A stretch of 64,000 bases of DNA, from positions 21,638,001-21,702,000 of the forward strand of contig OZ024757.1 of assembly GCA_964016885.1 (NCBI GenBank), read 5' to 3'. Shown here one piece after another: positions 42,416-54,175 of the stretch. How positions within the stretch are numbered: position 1 is the first letter of the stretch; each line of letters opens with the position of its first letter. This stretch comes from Eledone cirrhosa. Taxonomy: Eukaryota. A program made the translations under genes and the position numbers. The notes beneath the pieces were generated by a model. It saw nothing but the letters and a program-made list of their open reading frames with translations. It was not told the DNA's origin and searched no databases.

Positions 42416-42899
42416 GACTCTGGAGGTTCTGGTGCTGGTGGTGATAAAAGAGAACCAGTCAAGTACTGGAGATGACTCTTTATATCAAATCATTCTATTA
42501 GATGTTCTAGTGACCTTGCCAATTTATTGCCTCATTAAATATTTATAGAAACAGTTACTGAAAGAATTTGTGACAGAATGGCACCAAATATTTATCTAAT
42601 AATTGTTTCTGCTTTTGGCACAAGGCCAGCAATTACCCCCAGTGCGTTACTGGTACTTTATTTTATCGACCCCCGTAAAGATGAAAGGCAAAGTTAACCC
42701 AGTTAACCCAGGAACTCAGTCTGTAAAGGGACATAACTGTGCTGCAAAGCATGGTGTCCGACCCTCTACCGATTCTGCCAATCCACCGGATTTATCTAAG
42801 AATGCTTGTTAGCCCTTTTGTTGCCATATTTCCTGTCATCGGGACAGTGTTTCAATTAGTTACAGAATGATTTGGAGGGGTTCACAACATTTCTTCCAA

Positions 42900-43983
42900 A
42901 AAAGAAGAGAGAAGGAGTGAGAGAGATAGAGAAGTGAGAAAGAGATAGAGAAGAAGTGAGAAAGAGATAGAGAAGAAGTGAGAAAGAGATAGAGAAGTGA
43001 GAAAGAGATAGAGAGGAAGGGAGAAAGAGGAAGGGAGAGATAGAGAGGAAGGGAGAGAGATAGAGAAGAAGTGAGAAAGAGATAGAGAGGAAGTGAGAAA
43101 GAGATAGAGAGGAAGGGAGAAAGAAATAGAGAGGAAGGGAGAGAGATAGAGAAGAAGTGAGAAAGAGATAGAGAGGAAGGGAGAGAGATAGAGAGGAAGG
43201 GAGAGAGATAGAGAAGAAGTGAGAAAGAGATAGAGAGGAAGCAAGAGAGATAGAGAAGAAGTGAGAAAGAGATAGAGAAGTGAGAAAGAGATAGAGAGAA
43301 ATGGAGAGAGATAGAGAAGAAGTGAGAAAGAGATAGAGAAGAAGGAAGAGATAGATAGGAATGGAGAGAGGTAGAGAAGAAGTGAGAAAGAGATAAAGAG
43401 GAAGGGAGAGAGATAGATAGGAATGGAGAGAGATAGAGAAGAAGTGAGAAAGAGATAGAGAGGAAGCAAGAGAGATAGAGAAGAAGTGAGAAAGAGATAG
43501 AGAAGTGAGAAAGAGATAGAGAGAAATGGAGAGAGATAGAGAAGAAGTGAGAAAGAGATAGAGAGGAAGGAAGAGATAGATAGGAATGGAGAGAGGTAGA
43601 GAAGAAGTGAGAAAGAGATAAAGAGGAAGGGAGAGAGATAGATAGGAATGGAGAGAGATAGAGAAGTGAGAAAGAGATAGAGAGGAATGGAGAGAGATGG
43701 AGAAGAAGTGAGAAAGAGATAGAGAGGAAGGGAGAAAGAGATAGAGAGGAATGGAGAAAGAGATAGAGAGGAATGAAGAAAGAGATAGAGAGGAAGGGAG
43801 AGAGATAGAGAGGAAGGGAGAGAGATAGAGAGGAAGGGAGAGAGATAGAGAGGAATGGAGAAAGAGATAGAGAGGAATGGAGAAAGAGATAGAGAAGTGA
43901 GAAAGGGATATAGAGGAAGGGAGAGAGATAGAGAAGAAGTGAGAAAGGGGGAGAGAGGAAGGGAGATAGAGATAGAGGAAGAA
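42900..43983. repeat. Polypurine GA-rich minisatellite
   Basis: gagatagagaagaagtgagaaa variants. Confidence 0.9.
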
Positions 43984-44537
43984 TCAACCCTTGCTATCCA
44001 CTGAGAAAAGATAAAAGGCTGGGATTTGAACTCAGAGCGAGAAACCCAGAATGACTACTGCAAAGCATTGTATTCGACATTCTAATGACTTTGTCAATTT
44101 GCCACCTCATTAAATATATATTGTATGGTACGGTTCTGTAGCTCTTGATAGAGCCCTAGGGGTGTCATTGTGGCATACAGCATTTCTTGGGCATTTTAAA
44201 CCTGTTGGAACCCATCTTTCTTCAGCTCTGAACACAGCAGATTTCCTCCAGAGAAGGATAGAAAGCGAGAAAGAGATATAGAGGAAGAGTTGGCCCCAGT
44301 ACTAGACTGATACTTTTTTTTTTTATCGACCTTGACAAAAGGCAAAAATTGACCTTGGCAGGTTTTAAACTGAGAGAGAGCCAAGGGCTGAAACAAACAC
44401 TGCAAAGGATTCTATCTGACCTTCTCACAACTCTGCCAATACTGAAAGACTTTGAGACAGAGTTTCACCAAATATTTATAAAATAATAAAATAATAAACA
44501 TTGTTTCCTTGCAAATGATCAAGAATGAAGCATGTGT

Positions 44538-44822
44538 TCAAGTCTTCAAATTATTCCTATGAATTATAAAATAACTGTTTCTACTTTTGGCACAAGGCCA
44601 GCAATTACCCAGTACATTACTGGTACTTTATTTTATCGACCCCGTAAGGATGAAAGGTAAAGTTAACCTCGGCGGGATTTGAACTCACTGAGGTTAACTT
44701 TACCTTTCATCCTTACGGGGTCGATAAAATAAAGTACCAGTAATGTACTGGGTAATTGCTGGCCTTGTGCCAAAAGTAGAAACAATTATTTTATAATTCA
44801 TAGGAATAATTTGAAGACTTGA
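44538..44822. repeat. ~133-bp near-perfect inverted duplication of a SINE 3' half plus flank
   Basis: Arms 44538-44670 and 44690-44822, 19-nt spacer. Confidence 0.9.
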
Positions 44823-45349
44823 AGTCTTCAAATTATTCCTATGAATTCTAAAACAATGTCTGTTATTCCTTTAGTTACCATACTTCTAATGAATTATTCC
44901 ATTGAAGAATTTGGAAGGATTTACTGAGATTATATTTTTTGTTTAAGTGATATTTGTAAAATAATATTACAAAAGGTAAAAATAAAAGCTGCAAAGTTCT
45001 AACTTAAACAGAAATGTCCTGTACCTCATGAAACCATATTAGCAACACATTCCTGAAAAGTACAAACCAGTACTATGACTACATCACATTAAAAAGGTAA
45101 AGTCTTTACGTTAAAACAGCAAATTTTCATAACAATCTGACAACTAGTAAAGATACTCTAAATATTTGAATTAACAAACCTGCTTCTAAATATTCTAGAT
45201 ATCTACCAAATCATTACAAGACGTTAACAGTTAAATAGGAATATTTGATAGGAGTATTGAATAACAATAATAAAATAGCAAAACAAGAAAAGAAAAGAAA
45301 GGAAAATGGGGGAAGGGCAAGGATTGTTAAGCAACAAAGAAAGGGGAGA

Positions 45350-45620
45350 GGGTGACAGACTCTACACCTGAATCAGAGTGGTGTTTAGGCTGCACCCTGT
45401 AGACTAAATAATAGCAAATATATTGCCCTGAACAATGGCCAGTGACACCCTCACAAACAGCCACTCCACCTTGTGGGAATCTTTTAGAAAGTGTGATTTT
45501 GTTTCCTAGAACCAGAGGCAGTTTTGTATGGATGAGTTGCTATGAAAGGGGTTAAACATAGTGTCAGTAGAAGTAGAATAACTTGAAACAAAGTCATTAG
45601 GGGTTGGGAGAAATCCTGAG
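45350..45620 (-). pseudogene. CRE-like RLE domain fragment
   Basis: Minus strand KVEWLFVRVSLAIVQGN. Confidence 0.6.
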
Positions 45621-46284
45621 ACATGGAATGATATGACAGTTAAATAAGTAAATATTTTCTTTTATTCCTTTTTTCCTCTCTTTCCCTTTGGAATGAATCT
45701 CTTGACAAACAAGCCTGAACTTTGTGAGGGAGAGAACTGTAGCTTTAGAATTGGATCTGTGAGGGTGGAGTGGAAGGGGGAAGGGTTATGGAGGGAAAGA
45801 AACACTTTCCTCTGACATGAACTATAAGGTTTATTATAGGGAACTGATAAGGTAACTTGATATGTTAGGGAATAAGAAGAAAGAAAAAAATAAAGAAAAT
45901 GGCAGGGGAAAGAAAGAGAGAGAGATAGGAGAGTAGAAGAATGTGTTTATTCTGTCAATGGGGGACTTGAAACCAATGAATGTACAAACAGACAGAGCTG
46001 CTAAACTGACCAGAAAGATTTAGGACCAGAATACAAGCTAGAATAATATTCAGTACTAGAAATTGGTTTCTAAAGTTCATGAATACATGAATATTTAATT
46101 AACACTTAATGTCCTGTACCACATGAAACCACATTAAAAGGACATCTTTGAAAAGAACAAAACAGCACTATCACTGTATCATATTAACAAAGTGTTTACT
46201 GTAAATTTTCACAATGATCTGCACACAAGTAAACTTATAAACATTGGAATTTAAAAAAAACAACACATTAACAAAACATTTTTG

Positions 46285-46928
46285 AAAAGTACAAAACAGC
46301 TCTATGACTGCATCACATTAAAAGTACAAAACACTGACTGCATCACATTAAAAGTACAAAACAGCTCTATGACTGCATCACATTAAAAGTACAAAACAGC
46401 TCTATGACTGCATCACATTAAAAGTACAAAACACTGACTGCATCACATTAAAAGTACAAAACAGCTCTATGACTGCATCACATTAAAAGTACAAAACACT
46501 CACTGCATCACATTAAAAGTACAAAACAGCTCTATGACTGCATCACATTAAAAGTACAAAACAGCTCTATGACTGCATCACATTAAAAGTACAAAACACT
46601 GACTGCATCACATTAAAAGTACAAAACAGCTCTATGACTGCATCACATTAAAAGTACAAAACAGCTCGATGACTGCATCACATTAAAAGTACAAAACAGC
46701 TCTATGACTGCATCACATTAAAAGTACAAAACAGCTCTATGACTGCATCACATTAAAAGTACAAAACAGCTCGATGACTGCATTACATTAAAAGTACAAA
46801 ACAGCTCTATGACTGCATCACATTAAAAGTACAAAACAGCTCTATGACTGCATCACATTAAAAGTACAAAACAGCTCTATGACTGCATCACATTAAAAGT
46901 ACAAAACTATGACTGCATCACATTAAAA
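46285..46928. repeat. 35/30-bp minisatellite, about 19 copies
   Basis: Unit aaagtacaaaacagctctatgactgcatcacatta. Confidence 0.95.
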
Positions 46929-47022
46929 ATTAAAGTCTTTAGAGACTTTAGCTTACAGCGAATTTTCTTAACAATCTGTTCACTAGGACAGATACTCTAA
47001 ACATTTGATAAGGATTTTAGCA

Positions 47023-47099
47023 GAAAATGTCTAAAAACAGATTTAATTCAAATGTTTAGAGTCTAAACATTTGAATTAAATCTGTTTTTAGACATTTTC
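47023..47099. repeat. Perfect palindrome with 38-bp arms
   Basis: gaaaatgtc...tgtttaga g tctaaaca...gacattttc. Confidence 0.9.
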
Positions 47100-48135
47100 C
47101 TTATAAAATGTTTAAAGTTAACCTTTTTGACACGGAATTGCTCAAGTTCTACATTACAATGTTATTTATTTTATAGCTTATGTATTTATTTTAAAACATT
47201 CCATCATATTAAGAGTGGTGTGATCCTGCACACAGATGCTATGAAATAGTTTATAAAATAGGATCAAGACCCTTAGAGATGGAAAAAGAAGTTACTATTG
47301 GCCACTACGAGGAATTGAACCTCATAACTCCCAGATTCTGGCTAGATGCTTTAAAGCATTAAGCCAAAGGACTGTGACAATTCTTACCATCTTAAACAAG
47401 ATTGCTGAATCACAGCTTTAAATGTAAATAAACATTGTATATATGTAGCTGATCTCTCAGACTTTTATGAAAGCCTGAAGGGTTTTTTATTAAATCCATC
47501 CAATTTTTAAATTTTATTTGTGATCCAAACATGAGCTTAATAAGAAGAACATTTGTTATATTAGTAAATCTCCCTGAATTCATTATTATTTAAAAACTTA
47601 TTAAAATCATAGGCAGTGTCTTTCATTAGAAACATCGTACTGAAAGGGTTTTTAGTTATGTTCTAAGCACCATCTTGATAACAAGAAGGTTATATTACTA
47701 AATCTCTCCAACTTATTGATTATTTAAAAAAAAATGATCTCAAACCATGTTTTTCATATGAAATATGGTAATGAAAGAGTTAAGGATTTATAGCATGTTA
47801 TAGAGATGTCTGAAGAATTTGAATGGTTGTTATCAATGAAGCAGATTTTTCAGCCAGAAAGTCACCTTTTAACCAATTAGATTATTGTCAGATATTCCAC
47901 AACTGATTTCCATAGCTTGCAAATTGGGCTGAATTTTAATATCTCATTTTATTATAAATTAGATTTAAAACCTGACTTCATCAAAAATACAGTCACACAC
48001 ACACAAAACACATGGATAAACGTAGGTATGTACATACACATATATGCACATGCATACATATATACATACACACGCATACATACACATCCATCCATAGATA
48101 TATACATTGATACTCACATATGTACATACATATAT

Positions 48136-48470
48136 CATCATCATCATCATTTCATTTTACGTTCGCTTTTTCCCTGCTTGCAAGGGTGGGACGGAAACTG
48201 ATGCTGGCTTGATTTCTACAGCTGGATGCCCTTCCAACCTCATTTACAGTGAGTGCTGGGTGCTTTTTTGCCATGGCACCTCTACGACCACTTTACAGTG
48301 GAATGATATGGACCCCAGTCCCTATCATCTCATTTTTACAGCTGAGTAAACTGGAGCAATGTGAAATAAAGTGTCTTGCTCAAGGAAACAACACATCACC
48401 CGGTCTGAGAATTGAACTCACAACCTTTCGATTGCAAGGCCAATGCTCTAACCACTAAGCCATGTGCCTC
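48136..48470 (-). mobile_element. tRNA-derived SINE with RTE-type tail
   Basis: Family homology; flanking duplication atacatacacatatatgcacatgcatacata. Confidence 0.85.
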
Positions 48471-48824
48471 CATATACATACACATATATGCACATGCATA
48501 CATATATACATACACACGTGCCCACACACATACAGAAGATACATACATATATACATACAAACGGCCAAACAAATATATTTCAATATTTTTTTATTTTTCC
48601 CAGAGAACACATTTTTCTTTATTTTTTGTGAAAATATATTTAAAAATATTCCATTCTCATAAAATTCTAGAAATTTATAACATTTTATTGTATCAAACAA
48701 GAGGGGAAAATATGAATTAGAATTAATAATTTTAAAATGTAGTTAGATTGTGTGAAATATAATATGGTGAATGAGAAGAAAAGAGAATTAAAGAGAACAC
48801 ACACATATATACATATATACACAT

Positions 48825-48866
<42 letters not shown>

Positions 48867-48891
48867 CTGTGTATATATATATATAACTGTG

Positions 48892-48981
<90 letters not shown>

Positions 48982-48983
48982 AC

Positions 48984-49029
<46 letters not shown>

Positions 49030-49524
49030 GTTATATAAATAACCAAGCGTTAAATTAATATATTTCTTCATTGTACCATGTTGTTTGCTTTGTTTCTGTT
49101 TACTTTTTGCATATATATATATAGGGAGAGAGAGAGAGAGAGAGAGTGAGAGGAGAGAGTGCAAGAATGAAAGAGAGGAGATATGTGCTTATATACAGAG
49201 AGAGAGGGTGAGAGAAAGAGCAAAACAGCCTGCAAGTCATATTGAGAGGACTGTTCAAGTATGTCATAGACATAACAACCTTCCTGGTGTTGATAAAGAC
49301 ACCCAGTACACTCTGTAAAGTTGTGGGTGATGGGAAAGACATCCAACTATAGAAAACATGCTAAACAAAGTGTCAGAACGATGAAAGACAAAGATAACCT
49401 CGAGATGATTGGAATTCAGAGTATAGAGAAGCAAAGAAACAAATACCACAAGGTATTTTATCTGGCTTACTACCTGACAATTCACTACCTTAGTTATATA
49501 CATGCACAAATACACACACAAAGA

Positions 49525-49592
<68 letters not shown>

Positions 49593-49654
49593 GATAAACT
49601 TGAACCGTTAAGATCTCCTTCCTGGATATGTCAATATTTAGGAAACAAACTTTG

Positions 49655-49717
49655 TATTTTATCTGATGAGGGCGTACCAAAGTTTTGGTACCCTTGAAAT
49701 ATATATATAATAGAATA
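49655..49717 (+). ncRNA. Type I hammerhead ribozyme
   Basis: tattttat CTGATGA gggcgtaccaaa-gt-tttggtaccctt GAAA tatatata TA atagaata. Confidence 0.8.
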
Positions 49718-49793
49718 AATATGGTTTTATATATATAATAGAATAAATATGGTTTTATAAATATAGTTTCCATTTATTTAATATCATTGATTG

Positions 49794-49838
<45 letters not shown>

Positions 49839-49891
49839 GAATAAATATGGTTTTATAAATATAGTTTCCATTTATTTAATATCATTGATTG

Positions 49892-49925
<34 letters not shown>

Positions 49926-49927
<2 letters not shown>

Positions 49928-50119
49928 GGAACCAGTAAGACCCCGACGGCTGAGCTCAAGCCGTTTCGACGGCTAATTCTGGACTGAATTAGCCGTCGAA
50001 ACGGCTTGAGCTCAGCCGTCGGGGTCTTACTGGTTCCTATTACCCACTCTACTACCCCAAGTATTGAGTACTTTGGTGCGCTATGGTCCACCTGGTTCCT
50101 TACCACATTTCCTTCGTTA
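49926..50119 (+). mobile_element. Third copy of half-hammerhead fold-back element
   Basis: Perfect palindrome centred on gacggctaattc-tggact-gaattagccgtc, then GAAA cggcttgagctcagccg TC gggg and a tail to ccttcgt(ta)n. Confidence 0.75.
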
Positions 50120-50806
50120 TATATATATATATATATATATATTGAGTATAACATGTTATCCATGTGCAACCAGCAGTATTCTTCTCACCCATATTTTCAT
50201 ATATTTACCCAAACTGCAATTCTGTGTTTCTCTCTTTCTCTCTACTGACCTCTTCCTCGCACTCCCACTCACTCAGTCCCTGTTTCTCCCCTTCTTTCTT
50301 CCTCCCGTTCGCTGGGAAAACGGTTTTCATTCTTTCTAACACCGGATTCACTAGCGAAAGGTCTGTTTTCTGACTCGCTCATATATTCACACAGCTTATG
50401 CTGAAAGAATAACTATGTTGCTTGTGTTTATTTCCATCTTCGGTTAGCTTCCCCCTGTGTTGTTTACTTGTCTCACTCGCTTTACGCGTTTCTATTGTCC
50501 TAATAACTTATTTTAGTTATTATCACTCCAATGTGAGGTATATGATTTTTAATGCGATGAAATACCCATGATCGTTTGGTAAATCACTGATGAGGGACTC
50601 ATTTTATAACATGTTATCCATGTGCAACCAGCAGTATTCTTCTCACCCATATTTTCATATATTGAGTATATGTTGGTTGTTTACCGATACCTCAGTATGC
50701 AGATTGAAGCACTCGACGAAGTACGCAGGTTGGTTTGGTTACTCCGGAGTAATGTAAAATAAGTAAGTCAAACATGTAAAATTTGGCTTCGTCTATTATA
50801 AATTCT

Positions 50807-50859
50807 CTGCTATATACATTTCGGTGACAGCTATTAATGGCTGTGACCTCTTCAGGCAG
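50807..50859 (-). ncRNA. Type I hammerhead ribozyme
   Basis: Minus strand ctgc CTGAAGA ggtcacagcca-ttaa-tagctgtcacc GAAA tgtata TA gcag. Confidence 0.8.
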
Positions 50860-51126
50860 TCCGAATTAATGTGGAAAGGACAGGTAAACATGTTGTTGAA
50901 GTGTGTTCCACTCTGTCAATACATCGATATGTCCAGCTCCTGGGTGTGTAGTTAGTCCTCCGAGGAACTGGAATCAATATGATTCTGGAATATTGAACTG
51001 GAATCATATTGATTTCAGTTCCTCGGAGGACTAACTACACACCCAGGAGCTGGACATATCGATGTATTGACAGAGTGCAACACATTTCAACAACATGTTT
51101 ACCTGTCCTTTCCACATTAATTTGTA

Positions 51127-51179
51127 CTGCCTGAAGAGGTCACAGCCAATACTAGCAGTCACTGAAATATATATAGCAG
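51127..51179 (+). ncRNA. Type I hammerhead ribozyme (right arm)
   Basis: ctgc CTGAAGA ggtcacagc...gcagtcact GAAA tatata TA gcag. Confidence 0.75.
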
Positions 51180-51230
51180 AGAATTTATAATAAACGAAGC
51201 CAAATTTTATATGTTTGACTTACTTATTTT

Positions 51231-51276
<46 letters not shown>

Positions 51277-51527
51277 CAATACATATCACTATCATTTGAT
51301 GATGCATAAAAATGCTGAAACTGGTAATAGACAATTATTAAATATATAAATAGATAAATAAATGGCATTGTTAATTAATAAATAAATCAACTAATACCTT
51401 AACACTTCACACAAAGTAAAACATTTCGTTTTAATCATTTCCTAACCCAGAAAAAAGAGAGAAAGAAATAAAAATGGAAAAAAATATATTTTTCTTCCTA
51501 ATAATTGTCTCTTATCTCCCTGTTTTC

Positions 51528-51561
<34 letters not shown>

Positions 51562-51615
51562 CAGCTCCCGTCCCAACCTTGCAAGCAGGGAAAAACGGAC
51601 GTAAAATGATGATGA

Positions 51616-51654
<39 letters not shown>

Positions 51655-51676
51655 ATAAATAACACAATATAATTAT

Positions 51677-51744
51677 TCCATTACCAAAGGTTTCAGGAAA
51701 CTAGACGATCCTAACAGAACCGTCCAGTACGCTCATCAGATGAA
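51677..51744 (-). ncRNA. Type I hammerhead ribozyme
   Basis: Minus strand ttcat CTGATGA gcgt-actggacggttc-tgtta-ggatcgtctagt-ttcct GAAA cctttgg TA atgga. Confidence 0.75.
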
Positions 51745-51821
51745 CATGTAATTAAATAGCTCTGTACTATACATGGAGCACTCTTCTTTCCTCTACCTTT
51801 TCTACGGAAATACTTAACACA

Positions 51822-51863
<42 letters not shown>

Positions 51864-51963
51864 CACACACACACATGCGTACACACATGCGTACACACAT
51901 GCGTACACACACATGCGTACACACATGCGTACACACATGCGTACACACACATGCGTACACACA

Positions 51964-52167
51964 CAGAGTGTATCAAGAAGAATCACCCAGTTTTATTTAC
52001 AATGGTTATAAATACTCAATATGTAAATAACTATTAAAATTTATAAAAATTATGAAAAACATAAAACTTTATATTCAACCATGTATTGTACAAGTTACAA
52101 CATAATTATATAGTCATTTGTTTAAAAAATATAGACTTTTGAAATATAGCCTTTTTGATAGACCCTG
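51964..52167. mobile_element. Tc1/mariner-type MITE
   Basis: Imperfect TIRs cagagtgtatcaagaag / ctttttgatagaccctg followed by TA. Confidence 0.5.
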
Positions 52168-52734
52168 TATATTATATAAGATCTTGCAAAGAAAAATAGG
52201 TCCCCTTTAATCCTCTTTCCCACCCCTGTAATTTAATCTTTTATCATATAATTCTTTTGATTTTGCTCCCTAGTTTTCAAGATGGAGACAAAACATTATT
52301 TCTGAAGGATATGCTGTCTATATTATATGTTATTATAAACATGTTATATACCTTACACTTTTGTTTTTTCTTTGTGTTTTTGTCTTTGGGGTAAGTCTCT
52401 CATTTTTGATAGTGTGTTTTATTTTTATATCTGCCTTAAATCTTTCCATATTTTGGAGAAAGTATATTTAGGAGCTTTGAGATAGAAAATTTCTTTGTAT
52501 AGCAGACAGCTATACACATATGGAAGCACTTGTTAGTTGTACAGATGGAGACAGAATGGTGCTTCTAAGGAATGGTATGTCTTCCATATCTGTTATTATA
52601 ACATCTTAGATTGAATAATGGCTGAGTAAGTCTATGTTCCAATGTATTTATCTAGACTTAATGGACTGCACAATCCAGAAGAAATTTCTGGATAAATTCT
52701 TCTATATTTTGCAGAAAGTATATTTCAGATGGTG

Positions 52735-53083
52735 GAGGTGCATCACCTAGTGGTAAGGATGTTGGACTTATGGTCATAATGTCGTGGGTTTGATTCCTGG
52801 ACTGGGGTCTGTGTTGTGTTCTTGAGCAAAACACTTCATTTCATATTACCCTAGTACACTCAGCTGCAAATGAGTACCAACAATAGCTTGGGGTTTAACC
52901 CTGTGATGGACTGGTGTCCTGTCCAGGAGGGAGTATTGTACTATCAGTCCCTTCATGCCATGAAAACTGGAATCAGTTCCCATATGAGCAAGACAAGGTC
53001 AGCCGACCAGACACTGCCTACAACAGGACAACCCGTCTAACCCATGCTAGCGCGGAAGAATGGACGTAAAATGATGATGATGA
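52735..53083 (+). mobile_element. tRNA-derived SINE, older subfamily
   Basis: A/B-box head, cttgagcaaaacactt body, (atg)n tail. Confidence 0.7.
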
Positions 53084-53087
53084 TATA

Positions 53088-53644
53088 GTATCCAGAATAA
53101 GGACAGTTTGGAAGAAGTTTAGGGAGCTGCTTCCTCTGTTGACAAAGAAGGATTTCTCCCTGCGTACGAAAGGCCGGTTTATATGATGCCTGTGTGAGAT
53201 GTGCGATACTGCATGGTAGTGAGACATGGGCAGCAGTTTCAGAGGATATGCGACGGCTGGAGAGAAATGAAGCAAGCATCCTCCGTTGGATGTGCAATGT
53301 CAAAGTGCGTGAACGACCAAGCATAGACAAGTTGAGAGAGAAACTGGATATAAGAGGGATAAGTTGTGGTGTGCGAGAGAGGAGACTGCGATGGTATGGG
53401 AATGTGATGTGCATGGAGGATGACCGATGGGTAAAGAAGTGTCAAGAAATCCCAGTTGAAGGAAGATGCAGTAAAGGAAGACCATGAAAACCATGGGTGG
53501 AGTTGGTGAGAGCTGACCTCAGATTGCTGAAGCTCACAGAGGAGATGTTGAAGGACCGTGACAAGTGGAGAGATGCTGTTCTGAATAGGACCTGTCCCAC
53601 CCTTGCAAGCAGGGAAAAGCGGACGTAATATGATGATGATGATG
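53088..53644 (+). pseudogene. RTE-clade LINE 3' fragment (family 1)
   Basis: LHGSETW...ERRLRWYGNV...GRP*KPW...DRDKWR; (atg)n tail. Confidence 0.85.
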
Positions 53645-53732
53645 ATATATATATATATATATATATATTTAAAGGTTAAACAAGGTTCAATGAATAAATC
53701 AAAGAATAAAGTTTTACAATAGATTATCATCT

Positions 53733-53798
53733 TATTTTATCTGATGAGGACGTACTGTTGAAATAGCTCAGTACCTCTGAAATATGTATAATAAAATA
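53733..53798 (+). ncRNA. Type I hammerhead ribozyme
   Basis: tattttat CTGATGA ggacgtactg-(11 nt)-cagtacctct GAAA tatgta TA ataaaata; perfect 8-bp helix I. Confidence 0.85.
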
Positions 53799-53839
53799 TA
53801 CTTGATCACACGAATGTCTATTTTTGTTAATATTTTGAA

Positions 53840-53911
<72 letters not shown>

Positions 53912-54081
53912 GTTTGGTTGAGCACACTTCTCTGAGTGGCTTTGGGCTGCCCTTTCTAGCAGTTCGTCCCTCAGAGGCCAGTGGTTCACTGCCCTTAAAC
54001 ACGCTGTGACTTCTCTCTCCCACGTGTAGCTGGACAGTCAATTTTATAATTCTCTTAGTGTTGTCTGAAATGTATAGCCTT

Positions 54082-54175
54082 ACACACGCTGATGAACCGA
54101 GGCTAACCCATTTCTTTCAACAAATTATTGGCGAAACATGTCTTTGGATTAGTGTCTTTGGATTTGTACGTGTGT
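54082..54175 (+). ncRNA. Degenerate hammerhead with duplication in helix III
   Basis: acacacg CTGATGA accga...ttggc GAAA ca(tgtctttggatt x2)tg TA cgtgtgt; 7-bp helix I. Confidence 0.5.

Noticed and set aside
41674-42475. His-rich or Thr-rich protein
   Set aside because: 15-bp simple repeat open in most frames
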